Made by a program: the position numbers and the translations under genes. A stretch of 22,061 nt of DNA from Promethearchaeota archaeon (GTDB lineage: Archaea > Asgardarchaeota > Lokiarchaeia > Sigyniarchaeales > SOKP01), in contig JAHLWH010000238.1 of NCBI GenBank assembly GCA_019058015.1, forward strand, positions 1 to 22,061, read 5' to 3'. Positions 1 to 8,420 of this stretch are shown here, in pieces (position 1 is the stretch's first letter; each line of letters starts with the position of its first letter). Under the pieces are notes generated by a model. It worked only from the letters and a program-made list of their open reading frames with translations, was not told where the DNA came from and made no database searches.

Positions 1-7
1 ATAATAA

Positions 8-14
8 GAGGTGA
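8..14 (+). promoter_or_regulatory. Shine-Dalgarno-like ribosome-binding site (GAGGTGA)
   Basis: GAGGTGA ends 7 nt before the ATG at 22 and matches the archaeal SD consensus GGAGGTGA. Confidence 0.7.
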
Positions 15-21
15 AAAAAAC

Positions 22-303
22 ATGAATTTAATTATTTTTCAAGGAAAAAATATGTGGGATATTACAGATTTCTCAGTTTTTTCCGGGTTGATTACCATAA
101 TTGGCAGTATATTTTCAGTAATCGGTATTTTATATATACTTGTTTCTATTCTAAGTAAGAAAGTAGGCGGGATCTTTAAAGGTGCTTTTTACTTGATAAT
201 TGGGATAACAATACTTGCTATTACGGGAGATGTATCTATAAATCTTGCAGATTTGTTCGGTTCATTTCCAGAATTACCACCCCCTGGAGATGGTTGGCGA
301 TAA
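22..303 (+). CDS. Small hypothetical membrane protein (two hydrophobic helices)
   Basis: 93-aa ORF with a good SD. Hydrophobic segments FSGLITIIGSIFSVIGILYILVSIL and GAFYLIIGITILAIT flank a short KK loop; Pro-rich C-terminus. Confidence 0.75.
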   Translation: MNLIIFQGKNMWDITDFSVFSGLITIIGSIFSVIGILYILVSILSKKVGGIFKGAFYLIIGITILAITGDVSINLADLFGSFPELPPPGDGWR

Positions 304-426
304 ATATATCTAATCAATTCAGAAAAAAATCAAAGATATCTTTTTCCTTTAAATATATTCCTTTTACAATCGTTATAGAGTCAATAAAGTGGGAAAAAAT
401 TAAGATAAGGATGTAAAAAAAATAAC

Positions 427-684
427 ATGAATTGTCAAATTTTTCAAGTCCCTGATTTATTAGAGGTTTTTTTTAATGAATTGCCTAATACATTTGGGGA
501 TCTATTGAATTTTGCGCGTGCATTTGGCTCCATGTTAGGTTTATTACTGGGAGTTTTCGGAATAATTTGTTTATTGGGTAAAAATTATTTTAAAATGAAT
601 GGGGCAAAATTTATTATCTTTGCAGGTATTCTTTTGATAGTATGTGGTCCAGATTACGGTCTGCATTACTTTAATATAATTTAA
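427..684 (+). CDS. Small hypothetical membrane protein (two hydrophobic helices)
   Basis: 85-aa ORF. Hydrophobic segments AFGSMLGLLLGVFGIICLLG and AKFIIFAGILLIVCG flank a short basic loop. Confidence 0.75.
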   Translation: MNCQIFQVPDLLEVFFNELPNTFGDLLNFARAFGSMLGLLLGVFGIICLLGKNYFKMNGAKFIIFAGILLIVCGPDYGLHYFNII

Positions 685-740
685 TTTGAAAGGAATGGAA
701 AAAAAATAAATATAGAATTTGGTTATCTCAATTCTCGAAA

Positions 741-1175
741 ATGACGGTAGATCCCGACATCAATCTTATTAATTTTTCGAATGGTGCCAAGAATTTTCTT
801 ATATTCGAAGATTTTCGTATTTTTAACAAAACTTATGGTGATATGGAAGACATCATCAAAAATTCTGGTCTTATAAGGGCCCCTTCCAGAATTTGTTTGA
901 TGGAAGTAGAGTTAAAATTGGAAGGATACAACTTCTACCGAAGGGGAGAGGTCGCCTTTAATATCGAAGATTTGGTATTGTTATTAAAATGCAATAAAGA
1001 AGATAAAGCTACCACCGAATTAATATTCGGAGAGAAATACCTTTCGGTCAAAATTATTTCAGAAAAGAATAATTCCGTTATAGAGAGAACGGATGCCAAT
1101 GCTGCAAGTTCTTTTGAATTTTATTTTAGATTAATTTTTAATTGCTATTGTATTTTAATCTTTTTCATCTTTTAG
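741..1175 (+). CDS. Hypothetical protein
   Basis: 144-aa ORF filling otherwise empty space in AT-rich DNA, with protein-like composition. It overlaps the truA 3' end by 21 nt. Start uncertain; no family recognised. Confidence 0.55.
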   Translation: MTVDPDINLINFSNGAKNFLIFEDFRIFNKTYGDMEDIIKNSGLIRAPSRICLMEVELKLEGYNFYRRGEVAFNIEDLVLLLKCNKEDKATTELIFGEKYLSVKIISEKNNSVIERTDANAASSFEFYFRLIFNCYCILIFFIF

Positions 1176-1994
1176 AATATTGAAAAAATTAGTTCTAAAT
1201 AGGGAATAATAATATTTTTGCTCGAAAAAATTGCACATTCGCTCTTTGCCTTTTATATTTTCAAAAAAATTAACCTCTTTTGGATAAATTATATCCCATA
1301 AAACAAGACCGTTAGGAGAATAAGGCTTGTAAGAAAATGATTTCTTTGGATCGAATAGAGTCTTAAACTCATCAAGCGTTATTTTTTTAGTTCCTAGTTC
1401 AACTAATTTTCTAATTATCTTTCGTATTTGTTGCCTTAAAAAACTCTGGCTATAAAAATCCAAAATTAGAAAATCATTCATAATTGATAATTTAATATCC
1501 TCCAGATCTCTGACTGTATTTTTATCTTTATCTTTTTTAGCAAAATTAACAAAATCATGACTACCTTTTAATAAATTACATCCCTGTTTAATCAAATCGA
1601 TTTCGAATTCTGATTTTTTTATGAGATAGGATATTGGATACTCAAAAATATATTTATAATGCCGACAAATTGCATTCCGCCTTGGCTTATAATCTATTGG
1701 AACTCTTGCAACTGCCCATACCCCTATATCATTCGGGAGAGCACTATTTAATTCCTCAGGATAAAAACTTTTTTGAGTTATAAAAGAAAACACAGATCCT
1801 CTTGCGGAAACGAAACGATCTGTTCGACTTGCTGCTTCAAAACCAGATTTGCTTTCATTTTCAATATAGGATTTATCAATAAGTTTCTTTATTAAAATAC
1901 CTTCAATAGTATTCTCTTCCTTTTGACGTTGAGATCCAAGATAATGATCAGCCAAATAATACATCTTAATAAAATATCGTTGCGCTGATTTCAT
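1155..1994 (-). CDS. truA: tRNA pseudouridine(38-40) synthase TruA
   Basis: YLGSQRQ..TIEG N-terminal motif, SRTD catalytic-Asp motif (ASRTDRFVSA), RHYKY, GSHDFVNFA, SFLRQQIR and PNGLVLWDIIY all match TruA family motifs. Confidence 0.92.
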   Translation of the reverse strand: MKSAQRYFIKMYYLADHYLGSQRQKEENTIEGILIKKLIDKSYIENESKSGFEAASRTDRFVSARGSVFSFITQKSFYPEELNSALPNDIGVWAVARVPIDYKPRRNAICRHYKYIFEYPISYLIKKSEFEIDLIKQGCNLLKGSHDFVNFAKKDKDKNTVRDLEDIKLSIMNDFLILDFYSQSFLRQQIRKIIRKLVELGTKKITLDEFKTLFDPKKSFSYKPYSPNGLVLWDIIYPKEVNFFENIKGKERMCNFFEQKYYYSLFRTNFFNILKDEKD

Positions 1995-2023
1995 AGACCT
2001 CTGATTTATTAGTTAAAATTTTT

Positions 2024-2176
2024 CTATTCTAAAATAATAGTTATTTTTTTAACCAAATCTGGCATCTCTCGTAGGTTATTAATTATTGCTAAATTAACAT
2101 CTCTGATGATTTTTGTAACAAAAGGATTCATAGGTATCTCTTTCTCATTAATTAATAGTTTTATTTCATCACTCAT
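2024..2176 (-). CDS. Small hypothetical protein (50 aa), resembling the IPxNPFV domain found at the C-terminus of some MobB proteins
   Basis: Not in the ORF track. Manual translation from ATG 2176 to TAG 2024: MSDEIKLLINEKEIPMNPFVTKIIRDVNLAIINNLREMPDLVKKITIILE. It ends 29 nt before the truA start on the same strand. The family resemblance is from memory. Confidence 0.7.
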   Translation of the reverse strand: MSDEIKLLINEKEIPMNPFVTKIIRDVNLAIINNLREMPDLVKKITIILE

Positions 2177-2373
2177 AGTTTATATAAAGTAATATTTGAT
2201 TTTAAGTTTAATTTTGAATATACTGAAAAGGTTTTTTAGGAATATAAAATTTCATAAATATATTATATATAGAAGCATCTGAAATTGATATCGAATATAT
2301 CTAATTCGATAATTGATAATTAAGATTTATTGAAATATAATATAACCAAAAATTTTAGAGATAGTACATATCT

Positions 2374-5300
2374 ATGCAATTAAAATTAAAATCAAAATTT
2401 TTAGATTTTCGCGATAAAATAAAAACAAAGATTAGAGTGAAAAAGGAGAATTTTGTAATTATTATTTGTATAATCTTAATTGTTTTTATTGCATTTTTTA
2501 TTAGAATCAGCCCACTGTTTGTTGGCCCCCCTATGATAAAAGCGTTTGATCCTTGGATACAATATTATTCGGCAGAATATCTAAGTCAAAACGGGATTTA
2601 TGAATATTTTCATTGGCACGATTTTAAGTCTTGGTATCCTGAGGGAATTGATCGTTTTAGACTGAGACCAGGACTACAATTTACAGTCTCAATAATTTAT
2701 TGGGTATTAAATGGACTGGGAATTCCTATTCAATTATATGATGTTTGCTATTATTTCCCTGCATTTGCTGGAGCTTTAACAGTTTTTATTATGTACTTTT
2801 TAGGTAAGGAAATTTTAGATAAACGAACTGGTCTTCTTGCTGCATTTTTTTTAGCATTTAATCCTGGACATATGCAACGAACAGTTGCTGGATTTTTCGA
2901 TAATGAAACTATTGGCATTCTTGGAACATTATTAACTCTTTTATTTTTTATTAAAGCCCTAAAAACAGGAAAGATCCATCATGCAATTCTTGCTGGATTA
3001 TCATTAGGTTTTTTATCACTTAGTTGGGGTGGTTATGTTTATACGTTATTAATAATTCCCTTATTAACAGGGATATTAATTTTAGTTGATAAATATTCAC
3101 CAAGATTATTTATTGCTTATGCGGGAACTGAAGGGGTTGGAATCCTTGTTTACTCCTTATTTATTAAATTTTCCCCCGAAGGATTTTTTAATGATTTTGA
3201 ATTTTTAGCAGTTTTTCTCTTTTCAGTAGTATTAATCATATATCATATTTTTTATCGACAAAAAACACTAAATCCAAAATTTTATGATGCTGTATTAACT
3301 TTCTTGCGTTGGGCAATAATTCCAATAATTTTAATTGGAGCAATAGTTCTATGGGTATTTCCTAATATAATTCCATTTGGGTTTGATGCACGATTTACAA
3401 GTGTATTTTCTCCTATGTTAAGGCAAGATTTGCAGTTAGTTGCTTCGGTTGCTGAGCATATGCCAAGCCCGTGGAGTGTTTTTTACTATAATACATTAAT
3501 TCCAAGTTTATTAGTACCTGTAGGAATTTATTTCGGTGTTAAAAGAGGAAATGAAGAGGATTTTTTAATTATAATCTATGTTCTCACTTTATTCTATTTT
3601 ACAGGTAGTATGATTCGAATTATTTTATTATTCGCTCCTGCAGTATGCTTGATCGGGTCTTATGGATTATCAAATATATTAAAATTGTTCGGGAGTTTTA
3701 TTGGTAAAGAAAAGAGTATGATAACTAGACGTAGGAAAAGACAAGTAAAAACGACCATTGGAAGTTGGGAATCTTTTGGAGTATATGCCATAGTCGGATT
3801 TTTAATGTTTGCTCAAGTCTCTCACGCAGCAGATATTTCGAGAACTTCTTTATCTGGGTCTCAAATAATTCCTGGAGGTATTCTACATGATTGGGAAGAG
3901 AGCATGACTTGGATCAGGACTAATTTACCTCCCGGAACTGTAGTAGTAAGCTGGTGGGACTATGGTTACTGGATAACTCCTATTGGTAATGCGACAACGA
4001 TTAATGATAATGCTACAATAAACCAAACACGAATTGGTGCCACGGGTATGGCTTTTATGCAAACAGATGAACTAGAGAGTGCTAAAATTCTACGTCACTT
4101 GAAAGCTGATTATATTCTCGTATATTTTACAATGTTTACTGAACTTGGAGGAGATGAGGGAAAATGGCCATGGATGCTTAGAATTTGTAATGATAACTAT
4201 AAAGCATATAAAAATTTTGGATGGGAAGCGTATAATTGGAAAGAAAATAGTGTATTTGATGAATCAGAATATCAAAATCCATCTACAGGTGTATATAAAG
4301 AAAAATGGTTTCAAAGTCAATTATTTAGATTAATGGCATATGGATTGCCAACTAGAGTAGAGGAAGCCACAAAAGATTTTGAATATTTTTATGCTCAAAA
4401 AGTTGCAGGTGATCCTTCTCGAAATATCGAACCTAGTAAACTTGATGATGGTAGATTGTGGTCCGAAGTTATTCCTTACCATGGTTATTATGATTTCAAA
4501 GTGTTTAAGCCAACATTCTTTTCTACACAAGGATTAGTTAAACTATTTCGAGTTGATTATACTGCATTAGATTCCTCTGTAGAAGTTAGCGATCCAAAAG
4601 TTTATGATAATGGTTTTGCCAATTTTAAATTAATAAATACAGGAATTAAAGAGGTAACCTTAGATAATGTTTTCATAAAAGAAGATTCTTATGATTTTAC
4701 TATTGAAGATAACGACAATCAAATTGAACCAGCAGAGGAAAAACTCGTTTGGATAGATGCCCAAAATGCAGGCTTTGAATTAAATGATGTAGTCAATATT
4801 TCAGTTAGTATAGAAGCTGAAGCTTTAGAAGATACAAAATATACTTTTGAAGCCAGTTCTACTAATGTTTTAATTGAACCTTCTCCAGAATATGAAATTA
4901 AAATCAACAGAGAAAATAGTATTGCATTAATTAATGAAGATAATTTAAATACAAGTTTTTATTTAGAAGTAGAAAATACAGGCGAAGGAATTATAAATTT
5001 AAACGCAACCTCTATAAATGGAATTGAATTCAACCAAACCATAAGTAATTCCTTATTGAAACCAGGATCAAAAACAACGGTTTATCTTCCTGAATCCCCA
5101 ATTAATAAATCTGCATTAGGAGATGCAATGGATAAATTAAGTGATACAATAAGAGTTATTGCATCTGAAGGAATATATGAGGAAACTATATTTACTTACA
5201 ATAAAAAAGATTATAAAATCTCAATAATCCCTGAAGACCGCGTGCTTTCTGATGAAGCAAAAATATTTTATAGTAAAAATCGAACTCAAATTCCTATAGA

Positions 5301-6240
5301 TTTAAATAGTGCCTGTGCATATGATAATGGCTCAATTTTCATTGAGGTAAAAAATACTGGAAACAAACTAATAGGATTAGACTCTGTATATATTGATGGT
5401 GTGTCTAAAGACTTTATTTCAGTTGACGATGATTATCTTCTCTCCAAAGATGAGATCAAAGATCTAATAATTGATTATCCGGATATTGAGAATAATGAAG
5501 AAATTGAATTAATTGTCGCAGCATCCGGTTTGGATGGATATATCGCAGCTACGGATGTAGGTTATTTATATCCAATTAAAAATTCTGCAAATTTTAGATT
5601 TATCTCTGAATCTGAACTTAACTTAACACATGTATGGGCTAATGAGACAATAGAGGTTGCACTTAAAAATACAGGAAATATTCTTATTGAACTTGATGAT
5701 GTGATAATAAATGGGACAGAAAGCATCTCTATTGATGATGTAGTTTTTAACTATAACGATAAAACGTTGGATCTCCAAGAGATAGCAATATTCTCTTTCA
5801 ATTCAACTCAATACAAAATAAATCAGTCAAATATTATAGAAATAAATGTATCTACTAAATCTGGAATGTCAATAAAACAATCATTTACAGCTGAAGTTAA
5901 CCCTGTATCGAATCCGGATAAATACAGCATTGAAATCTTAGATATATCCTCAGCAGAGTATAGTCAAGATCTATTAACACTCAATCTTAAAAATATAGGC
6001 GATGATAATCTAACAATTGATGCAGTGTATGTAAATAACACATACATTCCATGGAGTACAATCACAATTGTTGATAATGAAAATCTAACTATTGAAACAG
6101 GTGAGGAAATAACATTAACAATAACATTAACAGATCTCGAATTATTAATTGGAACAATTAATGTAGATGATACTCTTGAGATATTAATTAGAACACAAGA
6201 AGGAGCAGAAGATACTCACGTAATTACAGTTGTGGAATAA
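2374..6240 (+). CDS. aglB: Oligosaccharyltransferase catalytic subunit STT3/AglB with a long C-terminal repeat extension
   Basis: Multi-pass membrane N-terminal half with AFDPW, FFDNE and SVAEH (3445-3459). WWDYG at 3952-3966, DNAT, and DK motif DEGKWPWM (4153-4176). Followed by about 560 aa of beta-rich repeats. Confidence 0.95.
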   Translation: MQLKLKSKFLDFRDKIKTKIRVKKENFVIIICIILIVFIAFFIRISPLFVGPPMIKAFDPWIQYYSAEYLSQNGIYEYFHWHDFKSWYPEGIDRFRLRPGLQFTVSIIYWVLNGLGIPIQLYDVCYYFPAFAGALTVFIMYFLGKEILDKRTGLLAAFFLAFNPGHMQRTVAGFFDNETIGILGTLLTLLFFIKALKTGKIHHAILAGLSLGFLSLSWGGYVYTLLIIPLLTGILILVDKYSPRLFIAYAGTEGVGILVYSLFIKFSPEGFFNDFEFLAVFLFSVVLIIYHIFYRQKTLNPKFYDAVLTFLRWAIIPIILIGAIVLWVFPNIIPFGFDARFTSVFSPMLRQDLQLVASVAEHMPSPWSVFYYNTLIPSLLVPVGIYFGVKRGNEEDFLIIIYVLTLFYFTGSMIRIILLFAPAVCLIGSYGLSNILKLFGSFIGKEKSMITRRRKRQVKTTIGSWESFGVYAIVGFLMFAQVSHAADISRTSLSGSQIIPGGILHDWEESMTWIRTNLPPGTVVVSWWDYGYWITPIGNATTINDNATINQTRIGATGMAFMQTDELESAKILRHLKADYILVYFTMFTELGGDEGKWPWMLRICNDNYKAYKNFGWEAYNWKENSVFDESEYQNPSTGVYKEKWFQSQLFRLMAYGLPTRVEEATKDFEYFYAQKVAGDPSRNIEPSKLDDGRLWSEVIPYHGYYDFKVFKPTFFSTQGLVKLFRVDYTALDSSVEVSDPKVYDNGFANFKLINTGIKEVTLDNVFIKEDSYDFTIEDNDNQIEPAEEKLVWIDAQNAGFELNDVVNISVSIEAEALEDTKYTFEASSTNVLIEPSPEYEIKINRENSIALINEDNLNTSFYLEVENTGEGIINLNATSINGIEFNQTISNSLLKPGSKTTVYLPESPINKSALGDAMDKLSDTIRVIASEGIYEETIFTYNKKDYKISIIPEDRVLSDEAKIFYSKNRTQIPIDLNSACAYDNGSIFIEVKNTGNKLIGLDSVYIDGVSKDFISVDDDYLLSKDEIKDLIIDYPDIENNEEIELIVAASGLDGYIAATDVGYLYPIKNSANFRFISESELNLTHVWANETIEVALKNTGNILIELDDVIINGTESISIDDVVFNYNDKTLDLQEIAIFSFNSTQYKINQSNIIEINVSTKSGMSIKQSFTAEVNPVSNPDKYSIEILDISSAEYSQDLLTLNLKNIGDDNLTIDAVYVNNTYIPWSTITIVDNENLTIETGEEITLTITLTDLELLIGTINVDDTLEILIRTQEGAEDTHVITVVE
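4561..6237 (+). repeat. Five degenerate protein-level repeats (about 105-126 aa) in the AglB C-terminus
   Basis: Core motif h-x-h-x-N(T/I)G-x3-h-x-h-D/N-x3-h with Asn codons at 4636, 4975, 5353, 5668 and 5992 (spacing 113, 126, 105, 108 aa). Confidence 0.8.
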
Positions 6241-6417
6241 TATCTTCAAAACTTTTATTTTTATTATTACCATTTATTCCTTTATATTTTAAACAGTAAA
6301 AATCTTAAGATATCAAGAATATTAATTTTCACGATAAATCACTGCTTATCATTTGTTAATAATGTTTTTTTCATTAATTTTTCCTAAATAGAAGTAGCAA
6401 TATGTGAGTTTAATATC

Positions 6418-8406
6418 TTGAAATTTGAATTAAAAAGTGAATATTCACCCACTGGAGACCAGCCCACTGCAATTAATGCCTTAGTTGATGGAATCAAAAG
6501 AGGAAATCATTTTCAAACCCTTTTAGGTGCTACGGGTACTGGCAAGAGTTTCACAGTAGCTAACGTTATACAAGAAATTCAATTCCCAACACTTGTAATG
6601 GCTCCGAATAAAACATTGGCCGCACAATTATACAATGAGTTAAAAGGGTTATTCCCTAATAATGCAGTACGTTATTTCGTGTCATATTATGATTATTACC
6701 AGCCTGAGGCTTACGTTCCAGTTAGTGGGTTATATATAGAAAAAGATTTTAGCGTTAATGAAGAAATCCAAAGACATCGATTGGAAGCAGCACATGCACT
6801 TAGAACAAGGACTGATGTAATAGTTGTCGCCACGGTTTCTTGTATTTATGGAATGGGCCGACCGGAGGACTGGGAAGATGCTTCCATCGTTCTGGAAGTG
6901 GGAGAAGAAATTAAAAGGAGCAATATTCTCAGAAAGCTCATTGAAATGGGATATGAACGTAAAGACTTGGAATTTAAAAGAGCTACTGTTAGAGCCAAGG
7001 GTGATATTATTGACATATATCCAGCTTATTTAGAAACGGCTCTAAGAATATCTCTATTCGGTGATGAGATTGAATCAATTGAAGAAATTCACCCTGTCTC
7101 TATCAACACAATAAATAAATTACCTAATTGTAGAATATTTCCAGCCAGTGAATTTGTAATTCCGGAGGAAAATAAAATCACCGCAATTGATAAAATTGAA
7201 AAAGAGATGCAAGAAAGGGTTGTATATTTTAAAAAAGAAAAAAAATATGCTGAAGCACAAAGAATTGAATCTCGGACAAAATTTGACCTTGAAATGTTAA
7301 GAGAAATGGGATTTTGTAAAGCTATTGAGAATTATTCAAGATATTTGGATAATAGGGAACCTGGTGTCCCTCCAAGGACGATTATTGATTATTTCCCTAA
7401 AAAATTTTTGATGATTGTAGATGAATCACACATAACCGTTCCTCAGCTACATGGAATGATTAAAGGTGACATATCCCGAAAGAAAAACTTAATTGACTTT
7501 GGTTACAGACTCCCAAGTGCTTATGACAATAGGCCTTTAAAATTTGAAGAATGGGAACATAAGATCAATAAAGTTATTTTTATGAGTGCTACTCCAATGA
7601 ATTATGAATTAGAGAAATCAAATGGTAAAGTAGCTGAACAAATCATTAGACCTACGGGCCTTGTAGATCCCCTCGTTGAAGTAAGACCAACTAAAAGCCA
7701 AATTGATGATCTTTTAGGAGAAATTAGAAAAGTAATTAAAAATAATGAACGTGTTTTAATTACAACTCTAACGAAAAGAATGTCAGAAGATATTGCAGAT
7801 TATTACAATGAATTGGGTCTAAAAATAACTTATTTGCATTCAGAAATAGACACCGTAGAAAGGTTTGAAATACTTCGTAACTTAAGAGCGGGTGTTTTTG
7901 ATGTTATAGTTGGAATTAATTTATTAAGAGAGGGGTTAGATTTACCAGAAGTATCTCTCGTGGCAATCCTTGATGCAGATAAGGAAGGATTTCTTAGAAA
8001 CACTCGTTCCTTGATCCAGACAATTGGAAGAGCCTCTAGAAATATAAATGGAAGGGCTATTTTATACGCTGATAAAATAACACGATCAATAAAGGTTGCT
8101 ATAGACGAGACTAATCGTCGAAGGAAAAAACAAATTGATTATAATAAAAAGAATAATATTACTCCAAAAACAATTCATAAGAAAATTTTGGAATCTCTGG
8201 CTGAAGAACAAGAACTAAAAGAAAAAGAATCTAAAAAATTAAAATTTAAAATTGAAGAAAGAATTGAAGCATCTATAAATACAAAGGATTTATTAAGATA
8301 TCTTGAAAGTGAGATGTATCGTGCAGCTCAAGATTTAAGGTTTGAAGATGCAGCATACTTAAGAGACCAAATTAAAGATATTAAACTTAATCAGAATGTT
8401 AAATAA
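6418..8406 (+). CDS. uvrB: Excinuclease ABC subunit B
   Basis: PTGDQP, Walker A GATGTGKS, APNKTLAAQL, beta-hairpin YFVSYYDYYQPEAY, DESH, GINLLREGLDLPEV, QTIGRASRN and C-terminal UVR domain (AAQDLRFEDAAYLRD). TTG start. Confidence 0.98.
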   Translation: MKFELKSEYSPTGDQPTAINALVDGIKRGNHFQTLLGATGTGKSFTVANVIQEIQFPTLVMAPNKTLAAQLYNELKGLFPNNAVRYFVSYYDYYQPEAYVPVSGLYIEKDFSVNEEIQRHRLEAAHALRTRTDVIVVATVSCIYGMGRPEDWEDASIVLEVGEEIKRSNILRKLIEMGYERKDLEFKRATVRAKGDIIDIYPAYLETALRISLFGDEIESIEEIHPVSINTINKLPNCRIFPASEFVIPEENKITAIDKIEKEMQERVVYFKKEKKYAEAQRIESRTKFDLEMLREMGFCKAIENYSRYLDNREPGVPPRTIIDYFPKKFLMIVDESHITVPQLHGMIKGDISRKKNLIDFGYRLPSAYDNRPLKFEEWEHKINKVIFMSATPMNYELEKSNGKVAEQIIRPTGLVDPLVEVRPTKSQIDDLLGEIRKVIKNNERVLITTLTKRMSEDIADYYNELGLKITYLHSEIDTVERFEILRNLRAGVFDVIVGINLLREGLDLPEVSLVAILDADKEGFLRNTRSLIQTIGRASRNINGRAILYADKITRSIKVAIDETNRRRKKQIDYNKKNNITPKTIHKKILESLAEEQELKEKESKKLKFKIEERIEASINTKDLLRYLESEMYRAAQDLRFEDAAYLRDQIKDIKLNQNVK

Positions 8407-8409
8407 ATT

Positions 8410-8416
8410 AGGTGAT
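8410..8416 (+). promoter_or_regulatory. Shine-Dalgarno-like site for uvrA (AGGTGAT)
   Basis: AGGTGAT lies in the 14-nt uvrB-uvrA spacer, 4 nt before the ATG, consistent with an internal gene of an operon. Confidence 0.7.
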
Positions 8417-8420
8417 GTAA

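Noticed and set aside
4145-4907. Short ORFs 4145-4333 (+), 4330-4530 (-) and 4719-4907 (-)
   Set aside because: They lie wholly inside aglB in alternative frames or antisense and show no motifs; shadow ORFs.
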